DNA from: Auanema rhodensis
Lineage: Eukaryota; Animalia; Nematoda
Direction: 5' to 3'
Assembly (NCBI GenBank): GCA_964057225.1
Contig: OZ059900.1
Location: 3,348,001-3,412,000 of the forward strand
DNA length: 64,000 bases
Shown here one piece after another: positions 25,301-39,649 of the stretch (within the stretch, counting starts at the first letter, position 1; the number at the start of each line of letters is the position of its first letter). Position numbers and translations under genes: made by a program. The notes below the pieces were generated by a model. That model was not told the origin of the DNA. It did not search any database and saw only the letters and a list, made by a program, of their open reading frames with translations.

Positions 25301-28300
25301 TATGAGCTTGCACTGATTTATATTCATTTTGATCAAAAAAGGTCGAAAAAAGAAAGAATTTTTGAAATTTCCGAGTTTTGAGTCCAATTTGGCTAAATCG
25401 CTCATATATATGATCAAAAGCATAGTTTTATTGTCTATAACAACAAAAGTCATCAATTAAACGCTAGTGATGTTTAAATACTGAATTTCGCTCAAATAGC
25501 ATTACTACACTAAGTATGGTCGTTTTTATGCCTTTAACACCATATACTCACCGATTTTTGGTACAAAATCTGTAATACTTGTAAATTTTGATCATATTTG
25601 TTAAGATTTGAGAATCAAACACACAATACACAAAATCAGTCTATTTTTATGAGCTTGCACTGATATATATTCATTTTGATCAAAAAAGGTCGAAAAAAGA
25701 AAGAATTTTTGAAATTTCCGAGTTTTGAGTCCAATTTGGCTAAATCGCTCATATATATGATCAAAAGCATAGTTTTATTGTCTATAACAACAAAAGTCAT
25801 CAATTAAACGCTAGTGATGTTTAAATACTGAATTTCGCTCAAATAGCATTACTACACTAAGTATGGTCGTTTTTATGCCTTTAACACCATATACTCACCG
25901 ATTTTTGGTACAAAATCTGTAATACTTGTAAATTTTGATCATATTTGTTAAGATTTGAGAATCAAACATACAATACACAAAATCAGTCTATTTTTATGAG
26001 CTTGCACTGATATATATTCATTTTGATCAAAAAAGGTCGAAAATAGAAAGAATTTTGGAAATGTCCGAGTTTTGAGTCTAATTTGGCTAAATCGCTCATA
26101 TATATGATCAAAAGCATAGTTTTATTGTCTATGACAACAAAAGTCATCAATTAAACGCTAGTGATGTTTAAATACTGAATTTCGCTCAAATAGCATTACT
26201 ACACTAAGTATGGTCGTTTTTATGCCTTTAACACCATATACTCACCGATTTTTGGTACAAAATCTGTAATACTTGTAAATTTTGATCATATTTGTTAAGA
26301 TTTGAGAATCAAACACACAATACACAAAATCAGTCTATTTTTATGAGTTTGTACTGATATATATTCACTTTGATCAAAAAAGGTCGAAAATAGAAAGAAT
26401 TTTTGAAATGTCCGAGTTTTGAGTCCAATTTGGCTAAATCGCTCATATATATGATCAAAAGCATAGTTTTATTGTCTATAACAACAAAAGTCATTAATTA
26501 AACACTAATGATGTTTAAATCACTAAATTTCGCTCAAATAGCATTACTACACTAAGTATGGTCGTTTTTATGCCTTTAACACCATATACTCACCGATTTT
26601 TGGTACAAAATCTGTAATACTCGTAAATTTTGATCATATTCGTTAAGATTTGAGAATCAAACACACAATACACAAAATCAGTCTATTTTTATGAGCTTGC
26701 ACTGATATATATTCATTTTGATCAAAAAAGGTCGAAAAAAGAAAGAATTTTTGAAATTTCCGAGTTTTGAGTCCAATTTGGCTAAATCGCTCATATATAT
26801 GATCAAAAGCATAGTTTTATTGTCTATAACAACAAAAGTCATCAATTAAACGCTAGTGATGTTTAAATACTGATTTTCGCTCAAATAGCATTACTACACT
26901 AAGTATGGTCGTTTTTATGCCTTTAACACCATATACTCACCGATTTTTGGTACAAAATCTGTAATACTTGTAAATTTTGATCATATTTGTTAAGATTTGA
27001 GAATCAAACACACAATAAACAAAATCAGTCTATTTTTATGAGTTTGCACTGATATATATTCACTTTGATCAAAAAAGGTCGAAAATAGAAAGAATTTTTG
27101 AATTTTCCGAGTTTTGAGTCCAATTTGGCTAAATCGCTCATATATATGATCAAAAGCATAGTTTTATTGTCTATAACAACAAAAGTCATTAATTAAACAC
27201 TAATGATGTTTAAATCACTAAATTTCGCTCAAATAGCATTACTACACTAAGTATGGTCGTTTTTATGCCTTTAACACCATATACTCACCGATTTTTGGTA
27301 CAAAATCTGTAATACTCGTAAATTTTGATCATATTCGTTAAGATTTGAGAATCAAACATACAATACACAAAATCAGTCTATTTTTATGAGCTTGCACTGA
27401 TATATATTCATTTTGATCAAAAAAGGTCGAAAAAAGAAAGAATTTTTGAAATTTCCGAGTTTTGAGTCCAATTTGGCTAAATCGCTCATATATATGATCA
27501 AAAGCATAGTTTTATTGTCTATAACAACAAAAGTCATCAATTAAACGCTAGTGATGTTTAAATACTGAATTTCGCTCAAATAGCATTACTACACTAAGTA
27601 TGGTCGTTTTTATGCCTTTAACACCATATACTCACCGATTTTTGGTACAAAATCTGTAATACTTGTAAATTTTGATCATATTTGTTAAGATTTGAGAATC
27701 AAACATACAATACACAAAATCAGTCTATTTTTATGAGCTTGCACTGATATATATTCATTTTGATCAAAAAAGGTCGAAAATAGAAAGAATTTTGGAAATG
27801 TCCGAGTTTTGAGTCTAATTTGGCTAAATCGCTCATATATATGATCAAAAGCATAGTTTTATTGTCTATGACAACAAAAGTCATCAATTAAACGCTAGTG
27901 ATGTTTAAATACTGAATTTCGCTCAAATAGCATTACTACACTAAGTATGGTCGTTTTTATGCCTTTAACACCATATACTCACCGATTTTTGGTACAAAAT
28001 CTGTAATACTTGTAAATTTTGATCATATTTGTTAAGATTTGAGAATCAAACACACAATACACAAAAGAAGTCTATTTTTATGAGTTTGTACTGATATATA
28101 TTCACTTTGATCAAAAAAGGTCGAAAATAGAAAGAATTTTTGAAATGTCCGAGTTTTGAGTCCAATTTGGCTAAATCGCTCATATATATGATCAAAAGCA
28201 TAGTTTTATTGTCTATAACAACAAAAGTCATCAATTAAACGCTAGTGATGTTTAAATACTGAATTTCGCTCAAATAGCATTACTACACTAAGTATGGTCG

Positions 28301-31300
28301 TTTTTATGCCTTAACACCATATACTCACCGATTTTTGGTACAAAATCTGTAATACTCGTAAATTTTGATCATATTCGTTAAGATTTGAGAATCAAACATA
28401 CAATACACAAAATCAGTCTATTTTTATGAGCTTGCACTGATATATATTCATTTTGATCAAAAAAGGTCGAAAAAAGAAAGAATTTTTGAAATTTCCGAGT
28501 TTTGAGTCTAATTTGGCTAAATCGCTCATATATATGATCAGAAGCATAGTTTTATTGTCTATAACAACAAAAGTCATCAATTAAACGCTAGTGATGTTTT
28601 AATACTGATTTTCGCTCAAATAGCATTACTACACTAAGTATGGTCGTTTTTATGCCTTTAACACCATATACTCACCGATTTTTGGTACAAAATCTGTAAT
28701 ACTCGTAAATTTTGATCATATTCGTTAAGATTTGAAAATCAAACACACAATAAACAAAATCAGTTTATTTTTATGAGTTTGCACTGATATATATTCATTT
28801 TGATCAAAAAAGGTCGAAAATAGAAAGAATTTTTGAATTTTCCGAGTTTTGAGTCCAATTTGGCTAAATCGCTCATATATATGATCAAAAGCATAGTTTT
28901 ATTGTCTATAACAACAAAAGTCATTAATTAAACACTAATGATGTTTAAATCACTAAATTTCGCTCAAATAGCACTACTACACTAAGTATGGTCGTTTTTA
29001 TGCCTTTAACACCATATACTCACCGATTTTTGGTACAAAATCTGTAATACTCGTAAATTTTGATCATATTCGTTAAGATTTGAGAATCAAACACACAATA
29101 CACAAAATCAGTCTATTTTTATGAGCTTGCACTGATATATATTCATTTTGATCAAAAAAGGTCGAAAAAAGAAAGAATTTTTGAAATTTCCGAGTTTTGA
29201 GTCCAATTTGGCTAAATCGCTCATATATATGATCAAAAGCATAGTTTTATTGTCTATAACAACAAAAGTCATCAATTAAACGCTAGTGATGTTTAAATAC
29301 TGATTTTCGCTCAAATAGCATTACTACACTAAGTATGGTCGTTTTTATGCCTTTAACACCATATACTCACCGATTTTTGGTACAAAATCTGTAATACTTG
29401 TAAATTTTGATCATATTTGTTAAGATTTGAGAATCAAACACACAATAAACAAAATCAGTCTATTTTTATGAGCTTGCACTGATATATATTCATTTTGATC
29501 AAAAAAGGTCGAAAATAGAAAGAATTTTTGAAATTTCCGAGTTTTGAGTCCAATTTGGCTAAATTGCTCATATATATGATCAAAAGCATAGTTTTATTGT
29601 CTATAACAACAAAAGTCATCAATTAAACGCTAGTGATGTTTAAATACTGAATTTCGCTCAAATAGCATAACTACACTAAGTATGGTCGTTTTTATGCCTT
29701 TAACACCATATACTCACCGATTTTTGGTACAAAATCTGTAATACTCGTAAATTTTGCTCATATTCGTTAAGATTTGAGAATCAAACATACAATACACGAA
29801 ATCAGTCTATTTTTATGAGCTTGCACTGATATATATTCATTTTGATCAAAAAAGGTCGAAAATAGAAAGAATTTTTGAAATTTCCGAGTTTTGAGTCTAA
29901 TTTGGCTAAATCGCTCATATATATGATCAAAAGCATAGTTTTATTGTCTATGACAACAAAAGTCATCAATTAAACGCTAGTGATGTTTAAATACTGAATT
30001 TCGATCAAATAGCATTACTACACTAAGTATGGTCGTTTTTATGCCTTTAACACCATATACTCACCGATTTTTGGTACAAAATCTGTAATACTCGTAAATT
30101 TTGATCATATTCGTTAAGATTTGAGAATCAAACACACAATACACAAAATCAGTCTATTTTTATGAGTTTGCACTGATATATATTCATTTTGATCAAAAAA
30201 GGTCGAAAATAGAAAGAATTTTTGAAATTTCCGAGTTTTGAGTCCAATTTGGCTAAATCGCTCATATATATGATCAAAAGCATAGTTTTATTGTCTATAA
30301 CAACAAAAGTCATCAATTAAACGCTAGTGATGTTTAAATACTGAATTTCGATCAAATAGCATTACTACACTAAGTATGGTCGTTTTTATGCCTTTAACAC
30401 CATATACTCACCGATTTTTGGTACAAAATCTGTAATACTCGTAAATTTTGATCATATTCGTTAAGATTTGAGAATCAAACACACAATACACAAAATCAGT
30501 CTATTTTTATGAGTTTGCACTGATATATATTCATTTTGATCAAAAAAGGTCGAAAATAGAAAGAATTTTTGAAATTTCCGAGTTTTGAGTCCAATTTGGC
30601 TAAATCGCTCATATATATGATCAAAAGCATAGTTTTATTGTCTATAACAACAAAAGTCATCAATTAAACGCTAGTGATGTTTAAATACTGAATTTCGCCC
30701 AAATAGCATTACTACACTAAGTATGGTCGTTTTTATGCCTTTAACACCATATACTCACCGATTTTTGGTACAAAATCTGTAATACTCGTAAATTTTGATC
30801 ATATTCGTTAAGATTTGAGAATCAAACATACAATACACGAAATCAGTCTATTGTTATGAGCTTGCACTGATATATATTCATTTTGATCAAAAAAGGTCGA
30901 AAATAGAAAGAATTTTTGAAATTTCCGAGTTTTGAGTCTAATTTGGCTAAATCGCTCATATATATGATCAGAAGCATAGTTTTATTGTCTATGACAACAA
31001 AAGTCATCAATTAAACGCTAGTGATGTTTTAATACTGAATTTCGCTCAAATAGCATTACTACACTAAGTATGGTCGTTTTTATGCCTTTAACACCATATA
31101 CTCACCGATTTTTGGTACAAAATCTGTAATACTCGTAAATTTTGATCATATTCGTTAAGATTTGAGAATCAAACACACAATACACAAAATCAGTCTATTT
31201 TTATGAGCTTGCACTGATATATATTCATTTTGATCAAAAAAGGTCGAAAATAGAAAGAATTTTTGAATTTTCCGAGTTTTGAGTCCAATTGGGCTAAATC

Positions 31301-32597
31301 GCTCATATATATGATCAAAAGCATAGTTTTTTTGTCTATGACAACAAAAGTCATTAATTAAACACTAATGATGTTTAAATCACTAAATTTCGCTCAAATA
31401 GCATTACTACACTAAGTATGGTCGTTTTTATGCCTTTAACACCATATACTCACCGATTTTTGGTACAAAATCTGTAATACTCGTAAATTTTGATCATATT
31501 CGTTAAGATTTGAGAATCAAACACACAATACACAAAATCAGTCTATTTTTATGAGCTTGCACTGATATATATTCATTTTGATCAAAAAAGGTCGAAAATA
31601 GAAAGAATTTTTGAATTTTCCGAGTTTTGAGTCCAATTGGGCTAAATCGCTCATATATATGATCAAAAGCATAGTTTTTTTGTCTATGACAACAAAAGTC
31701 ATTAATTGAACACTAATGATGTTTAAATCACTAAATTTCGCTCAAATAGCATTACTACACTAAGTATGGTCGTTTTTATGCCTTTAACACCATATACTCA
31801 CCGATTTTTGGTACAAAATCTGTAATACTCGTAAATTTTGATCATATTCGTTAAGATTTGAGAATCAAACACACAATACACAAAATCAGTCTATTTTTAT
31901 GAGCTTGCACTGATATATATTCATTTTGATCAAAAAAGGTCGAAAATAGAAAGAATTTTTGAAATTTCCGAGTTTTGAGTCCAATTTGGCTGAATCGCTC
32001 ATATATATGATCAAAAGCATAGTTTTATTGTCTATAACAACAAAAGTCATCAATTAAACGCTAGTGATGTTTTAATACTGAATTTCGCTCAAATAGCATT
32101 AGTACACTAAGTATGGTCGTTTTTATGCCTTTAACACCATATACTCACCGATTTTTGGTACAAAATCTGTAATACTTGTAAATTTTGATCATATTTGTTA
32201 AGATTTGAGAATCAAACACACAATACACAAAATCAGTCTATTTTTATGAGTTTGCACTGATATATATTCATTTTGATCAAAAAAGGTCGAAAATAGAAAG
32301 AATTTTGGAAATGTCCGAGTTTTGAGTCCAATTTGGCTAAATCGCTCATATATATGATCAAAAGCATAGTTTTATTGTCTATAACAACAAAAGTCATCAA
32401 TTAAACGCTAGTGATGTTTAAATACTGAATTTCGCTCAAATAGCATTACTACACTAAGTATGGTCGTTTTTATGCCTTTAACACCATATACTCACCGATT
32501 TTTGGTACAAAATCTGTAATACTCGTAAATTTTGATCATATTCGTTAAGATTTGAGAATCAAACATACAATACACGAAATCAGTCTATTTTTATGAG
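19354..32597 (-). repeat. Inverted satellite block, copy 2
   Basis: Same junction sequences and same private variants as 1551-14794 at offset +17,803. Confidence 0.97.
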
Positions 32598-35500
32598 TGT
32601 TTGTGTTTGATTCTCAAATCTTAACAAATATGATCAAAATTTACAAGTATTACAGATTTTGTTCCAAAAATCGGTGAGTATATGGTGTTAAAGGCATAAA
32701 AACGACCATACTTAGTGTAGTAATGTAGCATCACTAGCGTTTAATTGATGACTTTTGTTGTTATAGACAATAAAACTATGCTTTTGATCATATATATGAG
32801 CGATTTAGCCAAATTGGACTCAAAACTCGGAAATTTCAAAAATTCTTTCTATTTTCGACCTTTTTTGATCAAAATGAATATATATCAGTGCAAGCTCATA
32901 AAAATAGACTGATTTTGTGTATTGTGTGTTTGATCCTCAAATCTTAACGAATATGATCAAAATTTACGAGTATTACAGATTTTGTACCAAAAATCGGTGA
33001 GTATATGGTGTTAAAGGCATAAAAACGACCATACTTAGTGTAGTAATGCTATTTGAGCGAAAATCAGTATTTAAACATCACTAGCGTTTAATTGATGACT
33101 TTTGTTGTCATAGACAATAAAACTATGCTTCTGATCATATATATGAGCGATTTAGCCAAATTAGACTCAAAACTCGGAAATTTCAAAAATTCTTTCTATT
33201 TTCGACCTTTTTTGATCAAAATGAATATATATCAGTGCAAGCTCATAAAAATAGACTGATTTCGTGTATTGTATGTTTGATTCTCAAATCTTAACGAATA
33301 TGATCAAAATTTACGAGTATTACAGATTTTGTACCAAAAATCGGTGAGTATATGATGTTAAAGGCATAAAAACGACCATACTTAGTGTAGTAATGCTATT
33401 TGAGCGAAATTCAGTATTTAAACATCACTAGCGTTTAATTGATGACTTTTGTTGTTATAGACAATAAAACTATGCTTTTGATCATATATATGAGCGATTT
33501 AGCCAAATTGGACTCAAAACTCGGACATTTCCAAAATTCTTTCTATTTTCGACCTTTTTTGATCAAAATGAATATATATCAGTGCAAACTCATAAAAATA
33601 GACTGATTTTGTGTATTGTGTGTTTGATTCTCAAATCTTGACAAATATGATCAAAATTTACAAGTATTACAGATTTTGTACCAAAAATCGGTGAGTATAT
33701 GGTGTTAAAGGCATAAAAACGACCATACTTAGTGTAGTAATGCTATTTGAGCGAAATTCAGTATTAAAACATCACTAGCGTTTAATTGATGACTTTTGTT
33801 GTTATAGACAATAAAACTATGCTTTTGATCATATATATGAGCGATTCAGCCAAATTGGACTCAAAACTCGGAAATTTCAAAAATTCTTTCTATTTTCGAC
33901 CTTTTTTGATCAAAATGAATATATATCAGTGCAAGCTCATAAAAATAGACTGATTTCGTGTATTGTGTGTTTGATTCTCAAATCTTAACGAATATGATCA
34001 AAATTTACGAGTATTACAGATTTTGTACCAAAAATCGGTGAGTATATGGTGTTAAAGGCATAAAAACGACCATACTTAGTGTAGTAATGCTATTTGAGCG
34101 AAATTCAGTATTTAAACATCACTAGCGTTTAATTGATGACTTTTGTTGTTATAGACAATAAAACTATGCTTTTGATCATATATATGAGCGATTTAGCCAA
34201 ATTGGACTCAAAACTCGGACATTTCCAAAATTCTTTCTATTTTCGACCTTTTTTGATCAAAATGAATATATATCAGTGCAAGCTCATAAAAATAGACTGA
34301 TTTCGTGTATTGTATGTTTGATTCCCAAATCTTAACGAATATGATCAAATTTTACGAGTATTACAGATTTTGTACCAAAAATCGGTGAGTATATGGTGTT
34401 AAAGGCATAAAAACGACCATACTTAGTGTAGTAATGCTATTTGAGCGAAATTCAGTATTAAAACATCACTAGCGTTTAATTGATGACTTTTGTTGTTATA
34501 GACAATAAAACTATGCTTTTGATCATATATATGAGCGATTCAGCCAAATTGGACTCAAAACTCGGAAATTTCAAAAATTCTTTCTATTTTCGACCTTTTT
34601 TGATCAAAATGAATATATATCAGTGCAAACTCATAAAAATAGACTGATTTTGTGTATTGTGTGTTTGATTCTCAAATCTTGACAAATATGATCAAAATTT
34701 ACAAGTATTACAGATTTTGTACCAAAAATCGGTGAGTATATGGTGTTAAAGGCATAAAAACGACCATACTTAGTGTAGTAATGCTATTTGAGCGAAATTC
34801 AGTATTAAAACATCACTAGCGTTTAATTGATGACTTTTGTTGTTATAGACAATAAAACTATGCTTTTGATCATATATATGAGCGATTCAGCCAAATTGGA
34901 CTCAAAACTCGGAAATTTCAAAAATTCTTTCTATTTTCGACCTTTTTTGATCAAAATGAATATATATCAGTGCAAGCTCATTAAAATAGACTGATTTCGT
35001 GTATTGTGTGTTTGATTCTCAAATCTTAACGAATATGATCAAAATTTACGAGTATTACAGATTTTGTACCAAAAATCGGTGAGTATATGGTGTTAAAGGC
35101 ATAAAAACGACCATACTTAGTGTAGTAATGCTATTTGAGCGAAATTCAGTATTTAAACATCACTAGCGTTTAATTGATGACTTTTGTTGTTATAGACAAT
35201 AAAACTATGCTTTTGATCATATATATGAGCGATTTAGCCAAATTGGACTCAAAACTCGGACATTTCCAAAATTCTTTCTATTTTCGACCTTTTTTGATCA
35301 AAATGAATATATATCAGTGCAAACTCATAAAAATAGACTAATTTTGTTTATTGTGTGTTTGATTTTTGAATCTTAACAAATATGATCAAAATTTACGAGT
35401 ATTACAGATTTTGTACCAAAAATCGGTGAGTATATGGTGTTAAAGGCATAAAAACGACCATACTTAGTGTAGTAATGCTATTTGAGCGAAATTCAGTATT

Positions 35501-35639
35501 AAAACATCACTAGCGTTTAATTGAAGACTTTTGTTGTTATAGACAATAGAACTATGCTTTTGATCATATATATGAGCGATTTAGCCAAATTGGACTCAAA
35601 ACTCGGAAATTTCAAAAATTCTTTCTATTTTCGACCTTT

Positions 35640-38590
35640 TTTGATCAAAATGAATGTATATCAGTGCAAACTCATAAAAATAGACTAATTTTGTTTATTG
35701 TGTGTTTGATTTTCAAATCTTAACGAATATGATCAAAATTTACGAGTATTACAGATTTTGTACCAAAAATCGGTGAGTATATGGTGTTAAAGGCATAAAA
35801 ACGACCATACTTAGTGTAGTAAAGCTATTTGAGTGAAATTCAGTATTTAAACATCACTAGCGTTTAATTGATGACTTTTGTTGTCATAGACAGTAAAACT
35901 ATGCTTTTGATCATATATATGAGCGATTTAGCCCAATTGGACTCAAAACTCGGAAAATTCAAAAATTCTTTCTATTTTCGACCTTTTTTGATCAAAATGA
36001 ATAAATATCAGTGCAAACTCATAAAAATAGACTTATTTCGTGTATTATGTGTTTGATTCTCGAATCTTAACGAATATGATCAAAATTTACAAGTATTACA
36101 GATTTTGTACCAAAAATCGGTGAGTATATGGTGTTAAAGGCATAAAAACGACCATACTTAGTGTAGTAATGCTATTTGAGCGAAAATCAGTATTTAAACA
36201 TCACTAGCGTTTAATTGATGATTTTTGTTGTCATAGACAATAAAACTATGCTTCTGATCATATATATGAGCGATTTAGCCAAATTAGACTCAAAACTCGT
36301 AAATTTCAAAAATTCTTTCTATTTTCGACCTTTTTTGATCAAAATGAATATATATCAGTGCAAGCTCATAAAAATAGACTGATTTTGTGTATTGTATGTT
36401 TGATTCTCGAATCTTAACGAATATGATCAAAATTTACGAGTATTACAGATTTTGTACCAAAAATCGGTGAGTATATGGTGTTAAAGGCATAAAAACGACC
36501 ATACTTAGTGTAGTAATGCTATTTGAGCGAAATTCAGTGATTTACACATTATTAGTGTATATTTGAAGACTTTTGTTGTCATAGACAATAAAACTATGCT
36601 TTTGATCATATATATGAGCGATTTAGCCAAATTAGACTCAAAACTCGGAAATTTCAAAAATTCTTTCTATTTTCGACCTTTTTTGATCAAAATGAATAAA
36701 TATCAGTGCAAACTCGTAAAAATAAACTTATTTCGTGTATTGTGTGTTTGATTCTCGAATCTCACCGAATATGATCAAAATTTACGAGTATCACAGATTT
36801 TGTACCAAAAATCGGTGAGTATATGGTGTTAAAGGCATAAAAACGACCATACTTAGTGTAGTAATGCTATTTGAGTGAAATTCAGTATTTAAACATCACT
36901 AGCGTTTAATTGATGACTTTTGTTGTTATAGACAATAAAACTATGCTTTTGATCATATATATGAGCGATTTAGCCAAATTGGACTCAAAACTCGGAAATT
37001 TCAAAAATTCTTTCTATTTTCGATCTTTTTTGATCAAAATGAATAAATATCAGTGCAAACTTGTAAAAATAGACTTATTTCGTGTATTATGTGTTTGATT
37101 CTCGAATCTTAACGAATATGATCAAAATTTACGAGTATTACAGATTTTGTACCAAAAATCGGTGAGTATATGGTGTTAAAGGCATAAAAACGACCATACT
37201 TAGTGTAGTAAAGCTATTTGAGTGAAATTCAGTGATTTACACATTATTAGTGTATATTTGAAGACTTTTGTTATCATAGACAGTAAAACTATGCTTTTGA
37301 TCATATATATGAGCGATTTAGCCCAATTGGACTCAAAACTCGGAAAATTCAAAAATTCTTTCTATTTTCGACCTTTTTTGATCAAAATGAATAAATATCA
37401 GCGCAAACTCATAAAAATAGACTTATTTCGTGTATTATGTGTTTGATTCTCGAATCTTAACGAATATGATCAAAATTTACAAGTATTACAGATTTTGTAC
37501 CAAAAATCGGTGAGTATATGGTGTTAAAGGCATAAAAACGACCATACTTAGTGTAGTAATGCTATTTGAGCGAAATTTAGTGATTTAAACATCATTAGTG
37601 TTTAATTAATGACTTTTGTTGTCATAGACAATAAAACTATGCTTCTGATCATATATATGAGCGATTTAGCCAAATTAGACTCAAAACTCGTAAATTTCAA
37701 AAATTCTTTCTATTTTCGACCTTTTTTGATCAAAATGAATGTATATCAGTGCAAACTCATAAAAATAGACTAATTTTGTTTATTGTGTGTTTGATTTTCA
37801 AATCTTAACGAATATGATCAAAATTTACGAGTATTACAGATTTTGTACCAAAAATCGGTGAGTATATGGTGTTAAAGGCATAAAAACGACCATACTTAGT
37901 GTAGTAAAGCTATTTGAGTGAAATTCAGTATTTAAACATCACTAGCGTTTAATTGATGACTTTTGTTGTCATAGACAGTAAAACTATGCTTTTGATCATA
38001 TATATGAGCGATTTAGCCCAATTGGACTCAAAACTCGGAAAATTCAAAAATTCTTTCTATTTTCGACCTTTTTTGATCAAAATGAATAAATATCAGTGCA
38101 AACTCATAAAAATAGACTTATTTCGTGTATTATGTGTTTGATTCTCGAATCTTAACGAATATGATCAAAATTTACAAGTATTACAGATTTTGTACCAAAA
38201 ATCGGTGAGTATATGGTGTTAAAGGCATAAAAACGACCATACTTAGTGTAGTAATGCTATTTGAGCGAAATTTAGTGATTTAAACATCATTAGTGTTTAA
38301 TTAATGACTTTTGTTGTCATAGACAATAAAACTATGCTTCTGATCATATATATGAGCGATTTAGCCAAATTAGACTCAAAACTCGTAAATTTCAAAAATT
38401 CTTTCTATTTTCGACCTTTTTTGATCAAAATGAATGTATATCAGTGCAAACTCATAAAAATAGACTAATTTTGTTTATTGTGTGTTTGATTTTCAAATCT
38501 TAACGAATATGATCAAAATTTACGAGTATTACAGATTTTGTACCAAAAATCGGTGAGTATATGGTGTTAAAGGCATAAAAACGACCATAC
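35640..38590 (+). repeat. 6-mer HOR family (2,085 bp), first domain
   Basis: Identical monomer-derived ORFs at 35868 and 37953. Markers include GTAAAGCTATTTGAGTG, TTTACACATT and CAGCGCAAAC. Boundaries are approximate. Confidence 0.8.
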
Positions 38591-39649
38591 TTAGTGTAGT
38601 AATGCTACTTGAGCGAAAATCAGTATTTAAATATCACTAGCGTTTAATTGATGACTTTTGTTGTTATAGACAGTAAAACTATGCTTTTGATCATATATAT
38701 GAGCGATTTAGCCCAATTGGACTCAAAACTCGGAAAATTCAAAAATTCTTTCTATTTTCGACCTTTTTTGATCAAAATGAATAAATATCAGTGCAAACTC
38801 ATAAAAATAGACTGATTTTGTTTATTGTGTGTTTGATTTTTGAATCTTAACAAATATGATCAAAATTTACGAGTATTACAGATTTTGTACCAAAAATCGG
38901 TGAGTATATGGTGTTAAAGGCATAAAAACGACCATACTTAGTGTAGTAATGCTATTTGAGCGAAAATCAGTATTTAAACATCACTAGCGTTTAATTGATG
39001 ATTTTTGTTGTCATAGACAATAAAACTATGCTTCTGATCATATATATGAGCGATTTAGCCAAATTAGACTCAAAACTCGGAAATTTCAAAAATTCTTTCT
39101 ATTTTCGACCTTTTTTGATCAAAATGAATGTATATCAGTGCAAACTCATAAAAATAGACTAATTTTGTTTATTGTGTGTTTGATTTTCAAATCTTAACGA
39201 ATATGATCAAAATTTACGAGTATTACAGATTTTGTACCAAAAATCGGTGAGTATATGGTGTTAAAGGCATAAAAACGACCATACTTAGTGTAGTAATGCT
39301 ACTTGAGCGAAAATCAGTATTTAAATATCACTAGCGTTTAATTGATGACTTTTGTTGTTATAGACAGTAAAACTATGCTTTTGATCATATATATGAGCGA
39401 TTTAGCCCAATTGGACTCAAAACTCGGAAAATTCAAAAATTCTTTCTATTTTCGACCTTTTTTGATCAAAATGAATAAATATCAGTGCAAACTCATAAAA
39501 ATAGACTGATTTTGTTTATTGTGTGTTTGATTTTTGAATCTTAACAAATATGATCAAAATTTACGAGTATTACAGATTTTGTACCAAAAATCGGTGAGTA
39601 TATGGTGTTAAAGGCATAAAAACGACCATACTTAGTGTAGTAATGCTAT

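Larger units (their letters stand above)
1..35144 (+). repeat. 17,803-bp direct tandem duplication (1-17341 matches 17804-35144); the unit begins upstream of the window
   Basis: ORF pairs 3299/21102 and 10243/28046 differ by 17,803. Both inversion junctions, the 14923/32726 deletion scar and all the private SNPs I spot-checked recur at this offset. The first mismatch I saw is at 17342/35145. Confidence 0.96.
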
